From assembly GCA_964550205.1 (NCBI GenBank), contig CAZJYD010000009.1, positions 1 through 63,143 of the forward strand: a stretch of 63,143 bases of DNA, written 5' to 3'. The first letter of the stretch is position 1; each line of letters starts with the position of its first letter. Shown here piece after piece: positions 9,943 to 20,611 of the stretch. Origin of the DNA: an uncultured Bacteroidales bacterium. Lineage in GTDB: Bacteria; Bacteroidota; Bacteroidia; Bacteroidales; JAIOZK01. The position numbers and the translations under genes were made by a program. Under the pieces are notes generated by a model. That model worked only from the letters and a program-made list of their open reading frames with translations. It had not been told where the DNA came from and ran no database searches.

Positions 9943-11790
9943 ATGAAAAAATTATTACTGTTTAGCTTAGTATTATGTTTTGGATTAGCATCCTTTGCTC
10001 AGAATGGCAAAAAGAAAGATGTTTATCTTGCATTGCCAAAGATTGACAAAGCTGTTGCTAATGAGTTTAATTTTACAAAAGAGTTGAATCCTGTTGTAAC
10101 AGCAAAAACTGTTATGGATGAGGATATTGTTATCGGAGAAACCCGTTATGACTTACAGACAAATACTTCAGTTCAGAACAGGGCTTATGTTTACGATGAC
10201 GGAACAATAGGAGCCACATGGACAATGGGATTTGATGAGCCACAATTCCCCGGAAGAGGGACAGGTTATAATTATTATGATGGTTCGGAATGGGGTCCCA
10301 AACCCACTGAAAGGATTCAATCTGCAAGATGTGGTTGGCCTTCCTATGCACCGTTTGGTGAAAATGGTGAGATTACCGTTGCCCATAGCTCTGATTATAC
10401 ACTGATTTTTAACTGGCGTGAAAACAAAGGTGAAGGCGCATGGAATGAATTTGAATTTGAAGGCCCTGAAGGAAGCCCGGGATTATTATGGCCACGAATG
10501 ATAACATCCGGTGAAAATCATGATACAATTCATTTGATTGCTTTGACAACACCTATTGCCAATGGTGGTTCAATGTGGGAAGGTCAGGATGGAGCATTAT
10601 TATATTCCAGATCTGCTGATGGCGGAACAACCTGGGATCCGGAGAATATTATCCTGGAAGGTATGGGAGCTGATTACTATCCTGCTCTTAGTGGTGATGA
10701 CTACGGTTGGGCAGAACCAAAAAATGGCACTATTGCTTTCTTCTATTTTGACGGAGTTACAGATGGTGTTGTGATGAAATCTGATGATGGAGGTGATTCA
10801 TGGGAAAGAATTGAATTCTTCGATTTTCCATGGAATGGTGGTCCATTGCCTGATGATACCGAAAGATTTGGTAGTGGTGATGGAAACAATGCCATAGCTC
10901 TTGATAACGAGGGTAATGCTTATGTGGTATTTGGAAGACAATGTCACAGACAGGAAGGTGGAGCTGGTTATTATTACTTCTGGACGAATGGTCTGGTATA
11001 TTGGGACGAAACTCTTGATCCATTAGATACCGTGACTGTCGGTGCTACTACTATTTGGGAAGTGCCCGAAAGCCTTGAAGAGGGAGGATACCTTGCTGCA
11101 AAACTGGATGTTCCCTTCGACTCAATGGCTTATGAAGAATATGCCACATACCAGAACGGCGTTACAAGTATGCCACAGATTACTATAAATGAATTTGATG
11201 ATATTTTTATTTCCTATTCTGGTCTGGCACCGGGTTTTGTTAGCAACGATATGAATTACAGACATGTATATGGTGTTTGGTCATTCGACGGAGGAGAAAC
11301 ATTTGAAGAACCGGTTGACTATACAGGAGATATCTACCATATGTTCTCAGAATGTGTTTTTCCTTCACTTGCTCCATATCCTTATGATGGCCAGTATCAT
11401 ATAATATATCAGACCAGCACATCACCAGGTATTGCACTTCGCTATGAAATACATGAAGTTATTGATAATAACATTGTTGATCTGCCGGTAGGTATTAATG
11501 TTGGTGATGATGATAATCAAGCTGTAAGTGATATTTCATATGTATCACAAAATTATCCTAATCCATTTAAAAATCAATCAATGGTACAGGTTAATACAAC
11601 AAAAGCATGCAACCTGAAAATGGTGATTACCAATATAGTAGGTAAACAAATAGCAGTTATTGATAAAGGTAGAGTTAATGCAGGAATGCATTATTTTACA
11701 ATCGATGCAAATAATTTAACTAATGGTGTTTATTTCTATACCATATTTTCAGGAGACAATGCACAAACAAGAAAAATGATTGTTGAATAA
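9943..11790 (+). CDS. Secreted Asp-box (BNR) repeat protein with T9SS type A CTD, paralog 2
   Basis: Colinear paralog of 7848..9689; same Asp-boxes and YPNP...KMIVE CTD. Confidence 0.85.
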   Translation: MKKLLLFSLVLCFGLASFAQNGKKKDVYLALPKIDKAVANEFNFTKELNPVVTAKTVMDEDIVIGETRYDLQTNTSVQNRAYVYDDGTIGATWTMGFDEPQFPGRGTGYNYYDGSEWGPKPTERIQSARCGWPSYAPFGENGEITVAHSSDYTLIFNWRENKGEGAWNEFEFEGPEGSPGLLWPRMITSGENHDTIHLIALTTPIANGGSMWEGQDGALLYSRSADGGTTWDPENIILEGMGADYYPALSGDDYGWAEPKNGTIAFFYFDGVTDGVVMKSDDGGDSWERIEFFDFPWNGGPLPDDTERFGSGDGNNAIALDNEGNAYVVFGRQCHRQEGGAGYYYFWTNGLVYWDETLDPLDTVTVGATTIWEVPESLEEGGYLAAKLDVPFDSMAYEEYATYQNGVTSMPQITINEFDDIFISYSGLAPGFVSNDMNYRHVYGVWSFDGGETFEEPVDYTGDIYHMFSECVFPSLAPYPYDGQYHIIYQTSTSPGIALRYEIHEVIDNNIVDLPVGINVGDDDNQAVSDISYVSQNYPNPFKNQSMVQVNTTKACNLKMVITNIVGKQIAVIDKGRVNAGMHYFTIDANNLTNGVYFYTIFSGDNAQTRKMIVE

Positions 11791-11811
11791 TTTTAAATAA
11801 TTAAATTATTT

Positions 11812-11847
11812 AAGCCACCTTATTAGTAATAGGGTGGCTTTTTTTTT
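11812..11847 (+). terminator. Intrinsic terminator
   Basis: AAGCCACCTTATT / AATAGGGTGGCTT stem followed by a T run. Confidence 0.9.
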
Positions 11848-11952
11848 ACCCTTAATTTAATATCTGACCTTTTCTTTGAAGAAACATTAAGGTTTAGCTT
11901 GTAATTTTTTGATAATTTCGCGTTTTACTTGAAATTAAATAATTGAATCAGG

Positions 11953-13746
11953 ATGAAAAAGTTGTTATACATTTTAATAATACATTTATTATTAATAGAT
12001 ATTACTTCTTATACTCAGACCATAGATGATAGGGAAATAACCGTGGAAGAATTGAAAGAACATTTGTTTATTCTTGCTTCCGATTCATTGAAAGGAAGAA
12101 AAACGGGAACAGCAGAAGGTAAGATAGCCGCGAATTATATAAAAGAGCAATTTAAAAATGCCGGGCTCAGGATGATGGCTGATGATGGTTTTCAGTATTT
12201 CGAACTTGTAACTGATATTGAACCGGGTTCGGAAAATAGCCTTAATATAGATGGATTGGAATATGATTATCAAACTGACTATTCGGTTTATGCATTTAGC
12301 GAGAGCAATAAAGTAATAGCAGAGATTGCTTTTGTTGGATACGGTCTTGATATTAATGAGAATTCTTTAAAATGGGATGATTATGAGGGGGTTGCTGTAA
12401 ATAATAAATGGGTTATTATCCTGAAAGGTGATCCGGGCCCGGATAATAATAGTAATAAATTTATTGATTATAGCAGTGATCGCGAAAAAGTATTAACGGC
12501 CCGTGACAAAGGTGCGGCCGGGGTTATCTTTGTATCAGGTCCCAAATTTGATAAATTTGATCAACTCGTATCCCTCTATTTTGACAGAACAAAATCAGAT
12601 GCAGGATTACCTGTAATAAATATTAAGCGTTATGTGGCTGACAGCTTACTCATTTCTTCCGGTTACCCAAATATTGAAAATATTGAGAAAAAGATCAGTG
12701 AAACAAAAAAAACTTATTCATTTAATATAGATGCCAAAGTAATTGCCAAAACAGATTTGGTTAAGAAGACCGTTACAGATCAGAATGTTATAGGAGCTAT
12801 AGATGGAAGTAACCCGGAGCTGCAAAATAAATATATTGTTGTTGGAGCACATTATGATCATCTTGGAATGGGTGGTGCAGGATCAAACTCAAGAATGCCC
12901 GATACTATAGCTGTCCATAACGGGGCTGATGATAATGCATCAGGGGTGACATGCCTTATAGAAATTGCTGAAAAGATTGCGGCAGGTCCTGATCTTCCCC
13001 GCAGAAGTATTGTTTTTATTGCTTTTGGAGCTGAGGAAATGGGCCTGATAGGATCATCATATTTTGTAAAGAATCCTACCGTTGATATTGATAAGATTTT
13101 TGCAATGATAAATCTTGATATGGTTGGCAGATTGGATAATGATAAAAGGTCTGTATTGATTTCAGGCACAGGAACTGCTTTGGAGAGTGAGCAGATACTG
13201 AAAAGCTTGTCGGCGAACTATGATCTCACATTTAATTATTCACCCGAAGGTTACGGGCCTTCGGATCATGCAGTATTCTATGCATCGGATATACCTGTGT
13301 TTTTTATTACTACCGGAGCACACCAGGATTATCATACACCTTTTGATGATGTTGAATTTATCAACTTCAACGGACAAAGAACTATTGCAGAATTTACCTG
13401 TGATTTAATTATGGATTTAGCTGAAAGACAAGAGCATATGACATTTCAAAAAGCTGGCAGGAAGAAAGGTACCCGTTACAGAAGTAAACTCAAAGTTACT
13501 CTTGGAATAATGCCGGATTTCACTTCAGCTAGTGATGAAGGACTTGGCGTTGGGGGCGTAACTGAAGGGAAACCAGCAGATAAAGCAGGAATGAAAAAAG
13601 GTGATTTGATAATTGCACTTAACGGTAAACCGGTTAAAAATATTTATGATTATATGAACAGGATGAAGAAATTTGAACCCGGCCAGATAATTACGGTTGA
13701 TGTGATTCGTGATGGTGAAAAAAAAGTATTATTGGTGAATTTATAA
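11953..13746 (+). CDS. M28 family peptidase with PA and PDZ domains
   Basis: GAHYDHLG, NGADDNASG, AEEMGLIGS, NLDMVGR, SDH, DYHTP; C-terminal LGIMPDF PDZ domain. Confidence 0.92.
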   Translation: MKKLLYILIIHLLLIDITSYTQTIDDREITVEELKEHLFILASDSLKGRKTGTAEGKIAANYIKEQFKNAGLRMMADDGFQYFELVTDIEPGSENSLNIDGLEYDYQTDYSVYAFSESNKVIAEIAFVGYGLDINENSLKWDDYEGVAVNNKWVIILKGDPGPDNNSNKFIDYSSDREKVLTARDKGAAGVIFVSGPKFDKFDQLVSLYFDRTKSDAGLPVINIKRYVADSLLISSGYPNIENIEKKISETKKTYSFNIDAKVIAKTDLVKKTVTDQNVIGAIDGSNPELQNKYIVVGAHYDHLGMGGAGSNSRMPDTIAVHNGADDNASGVTCLIEIAEKIAAGPDLPRRSIVFIAFGAEEMGLIGSSYFVKNPTVDIDKIFAMINLDMVGRLDNDKRSVLISGTGTALESEQILKSLSANYDLTFNYSPEGYGPSDHAVFYASDIPVFFITTGAHQDYHTPFDDVEFINFNGQRTIAEFTCDLIMDLAERQEHMTFQKAGRKKGTRYRSKLKVTLGIMPDFTSASDEGLGVGGVTEGKPADKAGMKKGDLIIALNGKPVKNIYDYMNRMKKFEPGQIITVDVIRDGEKKVLLVNL

Positions 13747-13772
13747 TAATTAACTTTTTGAAATAATTATAC

Positions 13773-14168
13773 ATGTCAGATATATTGACAGAAGCTTTTC
13801 TTTATAAATTTCTGAAATTTGTATTGGTTGGTTTTTCAGGTTTGTTTGTCGACTATGGCTTCACCTTTTTATGTAAGGAAATCCTTAAAATACAGAAATT
13901 TATTTCAAATTCCATAGGGTTTACTATTGCTGCCTCTACAAACTATATTTTAAACAGGATATGGACTTTTCATAGTACCGATCCCAATATCGGTGCAGAG
14001 TATACGGAATTCCTGATTATTTCAATAATAGGTTTGGGAATAAATAATTTTATTCTCTGGATAATACTCAAGAAATTCAAATGGAATTTTTATGTATGCA
14101 AACTCTTTGCTATTGGTGTGGTTACAATATGGAATTTTTTGGCAAATGCGTTTATAACATTTAAATAA
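13773..14168 (+). CDS. GtrA family membrane protein
   Basis: FLKFVLVG, NYILNRIWTF, WNFLAN; four TM segments. Confidence 0.88.
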   Translation: MSDILTEAFLYKFLKFVLVGFSGLFVDYGFTFLCKEILKIQKFISNSIGFTIAASTNYILNRIWTFHSTDPNIGAEYTEFLIISIIGLGINNFILWIILKKFKWNFYVCKLFAIGVVTIWNFLANAFITFK

Positions 14169-14394
14169 TATTTCGGATTGTAATGGATACCTGATAAATT
14201 TTTCGTTCTTGTCTATACTTTTGAATAAGGCTACTAACATTAGATAAATAGTTATTCAATTCAGTTTTCCATTGATTTGTTCCAAATGATTTTATTATTT
14301 CATAAATTTAGCGATAGGGAGAGGAGTTAAAACTTGTCCTATATTTTTTCTGTTTTCTCCATTTAAGGAAGAAAGAAAATCAGAATTACTTTTT

Positions 14395-14685
14395 TCAATA
14401 AAGGGTATAACAGGATTTATTTTGACTGTCTTTCATCATTAAGGGTATCTGTTTGTATCCCTTCAAATCAGGATTATATTTGACGGGTAAAGGGGCAATG
14501 TATTGCTTTGCTATATCAAAAAGGCTGTCAAGTGCATCAAAGCCTTTTTTATGAACTATGGCTGCGTATCTGCGGGGTATGTTTGTTGCAATGAAGGGTA
14601 GGTTCTTTTCTTTCGCGAATTCAACCAAAGGGCGGTAATCTGTATTATAATTTGGCCATGATCTTATTTCTTTTTCAAAATTATT
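14395..14685 (-). pseudogene. Internal fragment of a ChaN-family (Tiki/EreA-like) lipoprotein
   Basis: Open frame NNFEKEIRSWPNYNTDYRPLVEFAKEKNLPFIATNIPRRYA, no real start, truncated at both ends. Confidence 0.65.
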
Positions 14686-14692
14686 TTATATT

Positions 14693-16348
14693 TTAATTTT
14701 CTTTCTTTCTGCCAAATAAAAGAAAAGAATTAAAAAAAGCAAAAAATGTAACGCCTGCCTGCGATTCAATAGTGTCTTCGGTTAACATGGACAATAAAAT
14801 TGTTATAAAAAATACAAAGTAGAAATAATCGAATAACTTGCCTTCTTTAATGGGAGGGTAAAACAATGTAAATAGAAACCACAGAAAACCGAATATACCC
14901 AACCCTACAAAAATTGACAGGTATTGATTATGTGATCTCCATCTGTTCTTCTCATCAAGCGGTGAGTTTGTTTTATCGTAATATTTGTCGAAAGCAATAT
15001 TCAGATCACCTGTACCTACACCAACTAAAAGATTGTTTTTTATTAGTTTGATCGAAGCTTTCCAGTATTCTATCCTTTGCAGGACCGAACTGCCATTGGG
15101 ATCATGTGCATATTTAAAGTTATGATATCCGATCATGATCTTTGATATCTTGGTTTTAATACTTGGATTTTTCAGATAATTAATATTAGCAATTCCGTTT
15201 TCAATAGCTTTCACTTCCTCACCGGTGAGCTTATTAACTCCTTCTGCATCTTTTCTGTATCCTTTTGATGTTAAAAACCTTATTATTGTATATTTGATTT
15301 GTTGATTGTTTTTATCCTGACCATCAAAATCATAATCACTTCTTTTGTTCCATGCTTTTCTCAATTCATCCATGCACAGGTAAAGGCCCACATATTTACC
15401 ATCTTCCACACCAAGATAAACCGTATCATGCACATATGGATTACCTTGGTCTGAGCATGATTCAAGTTTATTGAAATCTACCTTTTCTACTTCGTGAAAT
15501 TCCTTTATGATATTATGAAAATAAAAGTAAAGAAATACAGGCAAAGCAATAATTAATACAATAAGACTTGTTTTAACAATTGTATTTCTGATCTTGAAAA
15601 TGAAATAGAGGATAATACAAAAAGAGATAGCTAATAAAATGATCAATCCTATACCTGATTCAAGAACAAATAAAAACGATATTAACCAAACACATCCTGT
15701 TGTAAAAATAACCCTGGCTAATATACTTTTATAATCTTTGCTGTAAACAAAATACAACAGTGTAAATATTGCTATGCATATATTCAGGCTGAATCTAATA
15801 TGAGAGATAAAGACTGATATTTTTCTTATATCTGTGAACTCACCTTTAAGAAGAACATATGTAGAAAATAATGTTCCTATTATAACAGCCACAGCATGCA
15901 AGATCATTACAGTGTTGAACCGCTTTTTGCTTAAAGGTTCCATGGTAGAAATAATTATAGGCAGCGCAAGCAATGGTAGTTTAATACGAAGGTCCTTAAA
16001 TGCATATCCAAAGTCGGATGTATGTATCAGTCCGATCAGATGTATTAAAAATAAAGAAACCAACACCATGGCAGCTTTGTTTCTGAAAAATATCCTGAAT
16101 TTATCAATGATATTTTTATAACCAAGATTAACAACGTAAGCTATAAACTTCACAATACCTGCCGGCATTGAATTGTTTTTAAATATGTTAAAGGCTTTTT
16201 CAAATGAAAAACCCGACCAGAGCCACAGACCAATAAGGGTAAACTGCATAACACTCATGGCATATTTAGAAAGTGGAAGGCTTATTGCCATGAGTATCAA
16301 TGCAATGAAATAAGCGTCCGAATGAAATTGCTTTTTGAATAGATACAT
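14693..16348 (-). CDS. O-antigen ligase (WaaL/Wzy_C) family membrane protein
   Basis: Many TMs; RIEYWK, GVGTGD, SHNQYL motifs. Confidence 0.85.
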   Translation of the reverse strand: MYLFKKQFHSDAYFIALILMAISLPLSKYAMSVMQFTLIGLWLWSGFSFEKAFNIFKNNSMPAGIVKFIAYVVNLGYKNIIDKFRIFFRNKAAMVLVSLFLIHLIGLIHTSDFGYAFKDLRIKLPLLALPIIISTMEPLSKKRFNTVMILHAVAVIIGTLFSTYVLLKGEFTDIRKISVFISHIRFSLNICIAIFTLLYFVYSKDYKSILARVIFTTGCVWLISFLFVLESGIGLIILLAISFCIILYFIFKIRNTIVKTSLIVLIIALPVFLYFYFHNIIKEFHEVEKVDFNKLESCSDQGNPYVHDTVYLGVEDGKYVGLYLCMDELRKAWNKRSDYDFDGQDKNNQQIKYTIIRFLTSKGYRKDAEGVNKLTGEEVKAIENGIANINYLKNPSIKTKISKIMIGYHNFKYAHDPNGSSVLQRIEYWKASIKLIKNNLLVGVGTGDLNIAFDKYYDKTNSPLDEKNRWRSHNQYLSIFVGLGIFGFLWFLFTLFYPPIKEGKLFDYFYFVFFITILLSMLTEDTIESQAGVTFFAFFNSFLLFGRKKEN

Positions 16349-16419
16349 TATACTGCTATTACCTTATAAAATGTAAATATAAATCAATTTTGGTTTTAGG
16401 CTTGTTATTAGTATTTATT

Positions 16420-18072
16420 TCAAGATTTATCAGGTTGCAGTATTTTTTCGTATTGCTGTGTATTATTGATAATTTCTATTGCCTTGTCAACCCCACGGTC
16501 GTCTTTAATAGAAGCTTTGATTTTTCCTTTTTGGTAATAATATCTTGATACGATTTCTATTTCAAGGATTTTACTGATTTCATCTTTAAACTCGAAGAGG
16601 TCATTTTCTTTATCTTGCATCATCTTGCTTTTGAGATCTTCATATTCTTCTTCTATAGCATCAAAATATTTTTCGTCTTTTGCCTTTTTAACTAGTTTCT
16701 CAAGTGCTTTCTCACTGCTTGTTGTATATTTATAATCCTTATCAGATATAAAATCCAGAAAATCGTTATAAATTAAATCAGTAATAGTAAATTCCTCTAC
16801 GGGAGGGATAGTATCGTGTTCTCTCTCAAATTTATTTGCATAATCGAATATCAGAAATTTTGTAAAAAGAGTTTTTGTAATATTACTAAGATCATCAGGT
16901 TCTATTTCAATATCCGGTCTAATACCACCTCCATCGTACACAATACGTCCGTTTTTTGTTTCGAACTTGCTTATAAGAGAGTCTGGAACCTTATGGGAAT
17001 TTCCATTGTCGTCTTTGTGAGAATAATCAATTGATTGTATACATCTGCCGCTGGGAATATAGTATTTGGCAACCGTAATTTTTGCTTTTGAATTATAACT
17101 TAATGGAAGGACATTTTGGACCAATCCCTTTCCGTAGGTTCTTTGACCGGTAATTACTCCTCTGTCCAGATCCTGTATTGCACCGGCAAGTATTTCGGAT
17201 GCGGAAGCGCTTGTATTATTTACAAGTATTGTAACAGGTATATCACTGTCGATTGGAACATTGCGGGTTTTATATACTTTATTTTTATCAACTAATCTTC
17301 CTTTTGTGCTGACAATTTTCTCACCTTTTTTGATAAAAATATTTGCTATTTGAACAGCCTCATTTAAAAGCCCCCCGCTGTTACCACGAACATCAATAAT
17401 AACTCCTTTTAATTTATTTTTTTCTTTTAAATCCTTGAAAGCATTCCTTACATTTTTCCATGCATTCTGTGTAAAACCGGTTAACTTTATGTAACCAATG
17501 TTGTCGGCAACAATACCGTAATATGGAACATTATCAATTTTTATGGTTTCTCTTTCAATTTCCTTTTGAATGGGCTCATCAAAACCAGGGCGTTCAAGAA
17601 GAATAGTAAGGGTGGTACCTGGTTGTCCTTTTAGAATCTGGCTGACATCACTTGGTGATTTGTCTTTTGCTGATTCACCATTTATCTTAAGTATCTTGTC
17701 ACCAGGTTTTAATCCGTTCTTTTCTGCGGGAAAACCTTCGTATAATTCTGAAATAATTACATAATCATCCTGTTTATGTATCAGGGCTCCAATACCACCG
17801 TATTGCCCGGTAGTCATAAATTTATAATCCTCTATTTCGGATTCGGGAATATAGGTTGTGTAGGGGTCCAGAGAATTAAGCATTGCATCTATTGCCTCAT
17901 TCATAAGGTCACCCGATTGGATCTCATCAACATAATTTTTGTGTAATTCGCGGTATAAGGTCGTGAAAACATCAAGGTTTTTGGATATCTCAAAATTATC
18001 ATTGTTTTGTCCTGTCAACCAAATTGGCAACAAAGTAATAATAAAAATAAGTGTTAGTATTTTTTTCTTCAT
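16420..18072 (-). CDS. S41 family carboxy-terminal processing protease
   Basis: LDPYT, PDZ domain, DVRGNSGG, SASASEI, TYGKGLVQ. Confidence 0.95.
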   Translation of the reverse strand: MKKKILTLIFIITLLPIWLTGQNNDNFEISKNLDVFTTLYRELHKNYVDEIQSGDLMNEAIDAMLNSLDPYTTYIPESEIEDYKFMTTGQYGGIGALIHKQDDYVIISELYEGFPAEKNGLKPGDKILKINGESAKDKSPSDVSQILKGQPGTTLTILLERPGFDEPIQKEIERETIKIDNVPYYGIVADNIGYIKLTGFTQNAWKNVRNAFKDLKEKNKLKGVIIDVRGNSGGLLNEAVQIANIFIKKGEKIVSTKGRLVDKNKVYKTRNVPIDSDIPVTILVNNTSASASEILAGAIQDLDRGVITGQRTYGKGLVQNVLPLSYNSKAKITVAKYYIPSGRCIQSIDYSHKDDNGNSHKVPDSLISKFETKNGRIVYDGGGIRPDIEIEPDDLSNITKTLFTKFLIFDYANKFEREHDTIPPVEEFTITDLIYNDFLDFISDKDYKYTTSSEKALEKLVKKAKDEKYFDAIEEEYEDLKSKMMQDKENDLFEFKDEISKILEIEIVSRYYYQKGKIKASIKDDRGVDKAIEIINNTQQYEKILQPDKS

Positions 18073-18084
18073 AATAATGATTAT

Positions 18085-18336
18085 TTATGGTACCGGGTCA
18101 TAGCCATTTCCACCCCATGGATTGCATGATATAAATCTTTTTAATGCAAGCCAGCCGCCTTTAAAAGGGCCATATTTTTTAATGGCCTCAACTCCATATG
18201 CAGAGCATGTTGGAGTGTATCTGCATGACGGCAGAAAATATGGGCTTAAAGTTGTCTGATAGACCCTTATAATAAAAATAAGAATCTTAGCTATAATTTT
18301 CCTGATTTGTTTCAGAATATTTCTGAGTATGTTCAT
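18085..18336 (-). CDS. yidD: Membrane protein insertion efficiency factor YidD
   Basis: [10 protein letters not shown]...[13 protein letters not shown]. Confidence 0.95.
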   Translation of the reverse strand: MNILRNILKQIRKIIAKILIFIIRVYQTTLSPYFLPSCRYTPTCSAYGVEAIKKYGPFKGGWLALKRFISCNPWGGNGYDPVP

Positions 18337-18372
18337 TTAAACAATTTTATCATACAAACCATGGTACCCCAA

Positions 18373-18771
18373 TTAATATCCTGGTTTTTGCTTATTTTCA
18401 AGTTCTTCAATTAAACGCTTTAATATACTAATTATTTTTTTTTCGATCTTATTGTAAGTGCATAATTCATTACTAACATATAAAATTGCCAAATAACATT
18501 TAATATCATAATTATTTAGGTATTCATAAAAAAAAGCTTTATTTTTTCTAAAGGCTTCTTTAATTCTTCTTTTCATTTTGTTCCTGTCAACAGCCTTGTT
18601 TATTTTCTTCTTTGAAACACTAACAAATAATTTGGACGGGTAATTACTGTCAAAATCATTTGTTAACCAAATTACTTTCAATGGGTGATTAAATAATGTT
18701 TTACCTTTTTTGAATAGTAAATCAATACATTTCTTACTATATAATCGCTCTGATTTTTTAAAGGTTTGCAT
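18373..18771 (-). CDS. rnpA: Ribonuclease P protein component
   Basis: FKKSERL, SVSKK, AVDRNKMKRRIKEAFR (RNR motif). Confidence 0.93.
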   Translation of the reverse strand: MQTFKKSERLYSKKCIDLLFKKGKTLFNHPLKVIWLTNDFDSNYPSKLFVSVSKKKINKAVDRNKMKRRIKEAFRKNKAFFYEYLNNYDIKCYLAILYVSNELCTYNKIEKKIISILKRLIEELENKQKPGY

Positions 18772-18823
18772 TTACAATATTGAAAAAGGATTTAGCCTTT
18801 AAAGAAAGATCTGTTTTATTTAA

Positions 18824-19597
18824 TTATTTTTTTCTGGATTCTTTCTGAATATACTCATCAATAGCCATTGTCATTGATGGTGATGCTTTTGTTGGTGCCT
18901 TTATGTTAAGTTTTAATCCTGATTCGTTGACGGCTTTGGAAGTTGTTGGCCCAAATGCTGCAATAAGTGTGCTGTTTTGCCTGTAGTCAGGAAAGGTTTT
19001 AAACAACGACTTAACACCTGATGGACTGAAGAAGATAAGCATATCATATTTTTTGATATTAATTTTGGATAAATCGCTGGCAATAGTTCTGTACATTATT
19101 GCTTTGGTGTAATTAATACCATTATCATCCAATAATTTGGTAAGGCTGGCTTTGTGAATATCCGAACAGGGCAGGAGATATTTTTCATCTTTATGCTTAT
19201 TTATGATTTCCATAAGCTGAATGAATGTTTGCTTACCATAAAATATCTTTCTCTTTCTATATTGTACATATTTCTGCAGGTAGAAAGCAGTGGCCTCACT
19301 AATACAAAAATATTTCATTGAATCAGGGACTTCAATTCTAAGTTCCTTACATATTCTAAAGAAATGATCCACAGCATTACGACTTGTGAAAATTACTGCC
19401 GTATGACCAAGTGTATTGATCCTGTACTTTCTATATTCCTTTGAAGTAATTCCTTCAACCTTGATAAATTTATGAAAATCAATATTGACATTATATTTTT
19501 TTGAAAGAATACAATATGGTGATTTTTCAAAATTTGCTGGCTGAGGTTGGGATACTAATATGTTCTTTATATTTAGTTTTTTTGCCTTTCTTTCCAC
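18824..19597 (-). CDS. hemD: Uroporphyrinogen-III synthase family protein
   Basis: ILVSQPQP, FTSRNAVDHFF, YLQKYVQYRKRKIF, FFSPSG; usual Bacteroidota position next to rnpA. Confidence 0.88.
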   Translation of the reverse strand: MERKAKKLNIKNILVSQPQPANFEKSPYCILSKKYNVNIDFHKFIKVEGITSKEYRKYRINTLGHTAVIFTSRNAVDHFFRICKELRIEVPDSMKYFCISEATAFYLQKYVQYRKRKIFYGKQTFIQLMEIINKHKDEKYLLPCSDIHKASLTKLLDDNGINYTKAIMYRTIASDLSKINIKKYDMLIFFSPSGVKSLFKTFPDYRQNSTLIAAFGPTTSKAVNESGLKLNIKAPTKASPSMTMAIDEYIQKESRKK

Positions 19598-19612
19598 GAT
19601 GATCGTTTTTTA

Positions 19613-20494
19613 TTAGAAAAAATAATCTCTGTCAATAATTGCTTTTAACAATATAAGAACCGGTATAAATTCAAAGGTGCAAAGATACAAAAATAAATGG
19701 AATTTGGAAAAGTTCTTTTCATTCAGTCCGATACTAACCCCCCGAATAATCCATGCTAAGAAGATTATTGTAGAAATTACCAAACCAATAAAAAGAAATA
19801 TTTTTAAGAAACAATAAGTAGTCAGCAATAGGATAGGAAGAACTATTAATCCGCATGCAATGAAAAAGATATGCATATTTAATAGGTATTCATATGAGTG
19901 TTTCTGGGTCAGAAAAATGAATGCAGTTATTCTGATTAAAATTATTTTTAATATCCATATTGATAAAATAGCAGTAAAGATGATAATAAAAAGCCCGAAA
20001 TCAGAGACACTTTGGATAATATCAGAATAAAAATATTTTATTGTTTGATAGTAAAAAATACTAAGGGAAATAAATGAAATAGCCATTAACGGAATGAAGA
20101 TTTTTTCCTTAAAAAGATTTCCTTCTCTTACAAATTGATTTGCATAATTTCTGCGCGCAAATGCCCTGAAAATTTGTCTGAGTCTGTTTCTATATTTAAA
20201 GCATACATATACGAATAAAACAAAACCAAGAATTAATAATATAGTTATCCATGAATTACTTTTATAGTTATGCCTTTCAGGCTGCAAACTATGGTTTTGC
20301 GATTGGGTGGTAAAAAATGATTGCCTTGTAGCTGTTTTTACCGAATCGAATTTTTCTTGATAAATCTTTTCTGGTATATTAGTATCCTGTTGATTAATAA
20401 AAAGAACAGACTTATTATATGGTTGAATATTTATTTCAATACCTGATTTTGAATAGTTATGTTTTAAGCTAATATTATTAAGGTAATTGATCAT
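19613..20494 (-). CDS. DUF4271 family membrane protein
   Basis: TM-rich; C-terminal LFLYLCTFEFIP; directly upstream of hemD. Confidence 0.8.
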   Translation of the reverse strand: MINYLNNISLKHNYSKSGIEINIQPYNKSVLFINQQDTNIPEKIYQEKFDSVKTATRQSFFTTQSQNHSLQPERHNYKSNSWITILLILGFVLFVYVCFKYRNRLRQIFRAFARRNYANQFVREGNLFKEKIFIPLMAISFISLSIFYYQTIKYFYSDIIQSVSDFGLFIIIFTAILSIWILKIILIRITAFIFLTQKHSYEYLLNMHIFFIACGLIVLPILLLTTYCFLKIFLFIGLVISTIIFLAWIIRGVSIGLNEKNFSKFHLFLYLCTFEFIPVLILLKAIIDRDYFF

Positions 20495-20611
20495 CCGTTG
20501 GTTATGTTATATATTGAATCACTTTTCAAAATTAATCATTATTTCAGGTACTATCCTTTATATATTTATATTTGTAATCAAAATCAATTTACATTATAAA
20601 AAAGATAGCAC

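Noticed and set aside
18085-18771. rnpA-yidD without rpmH or yidC
   Set aside because: hemD-rnpA-yidD-type order is common in Bacteroidota
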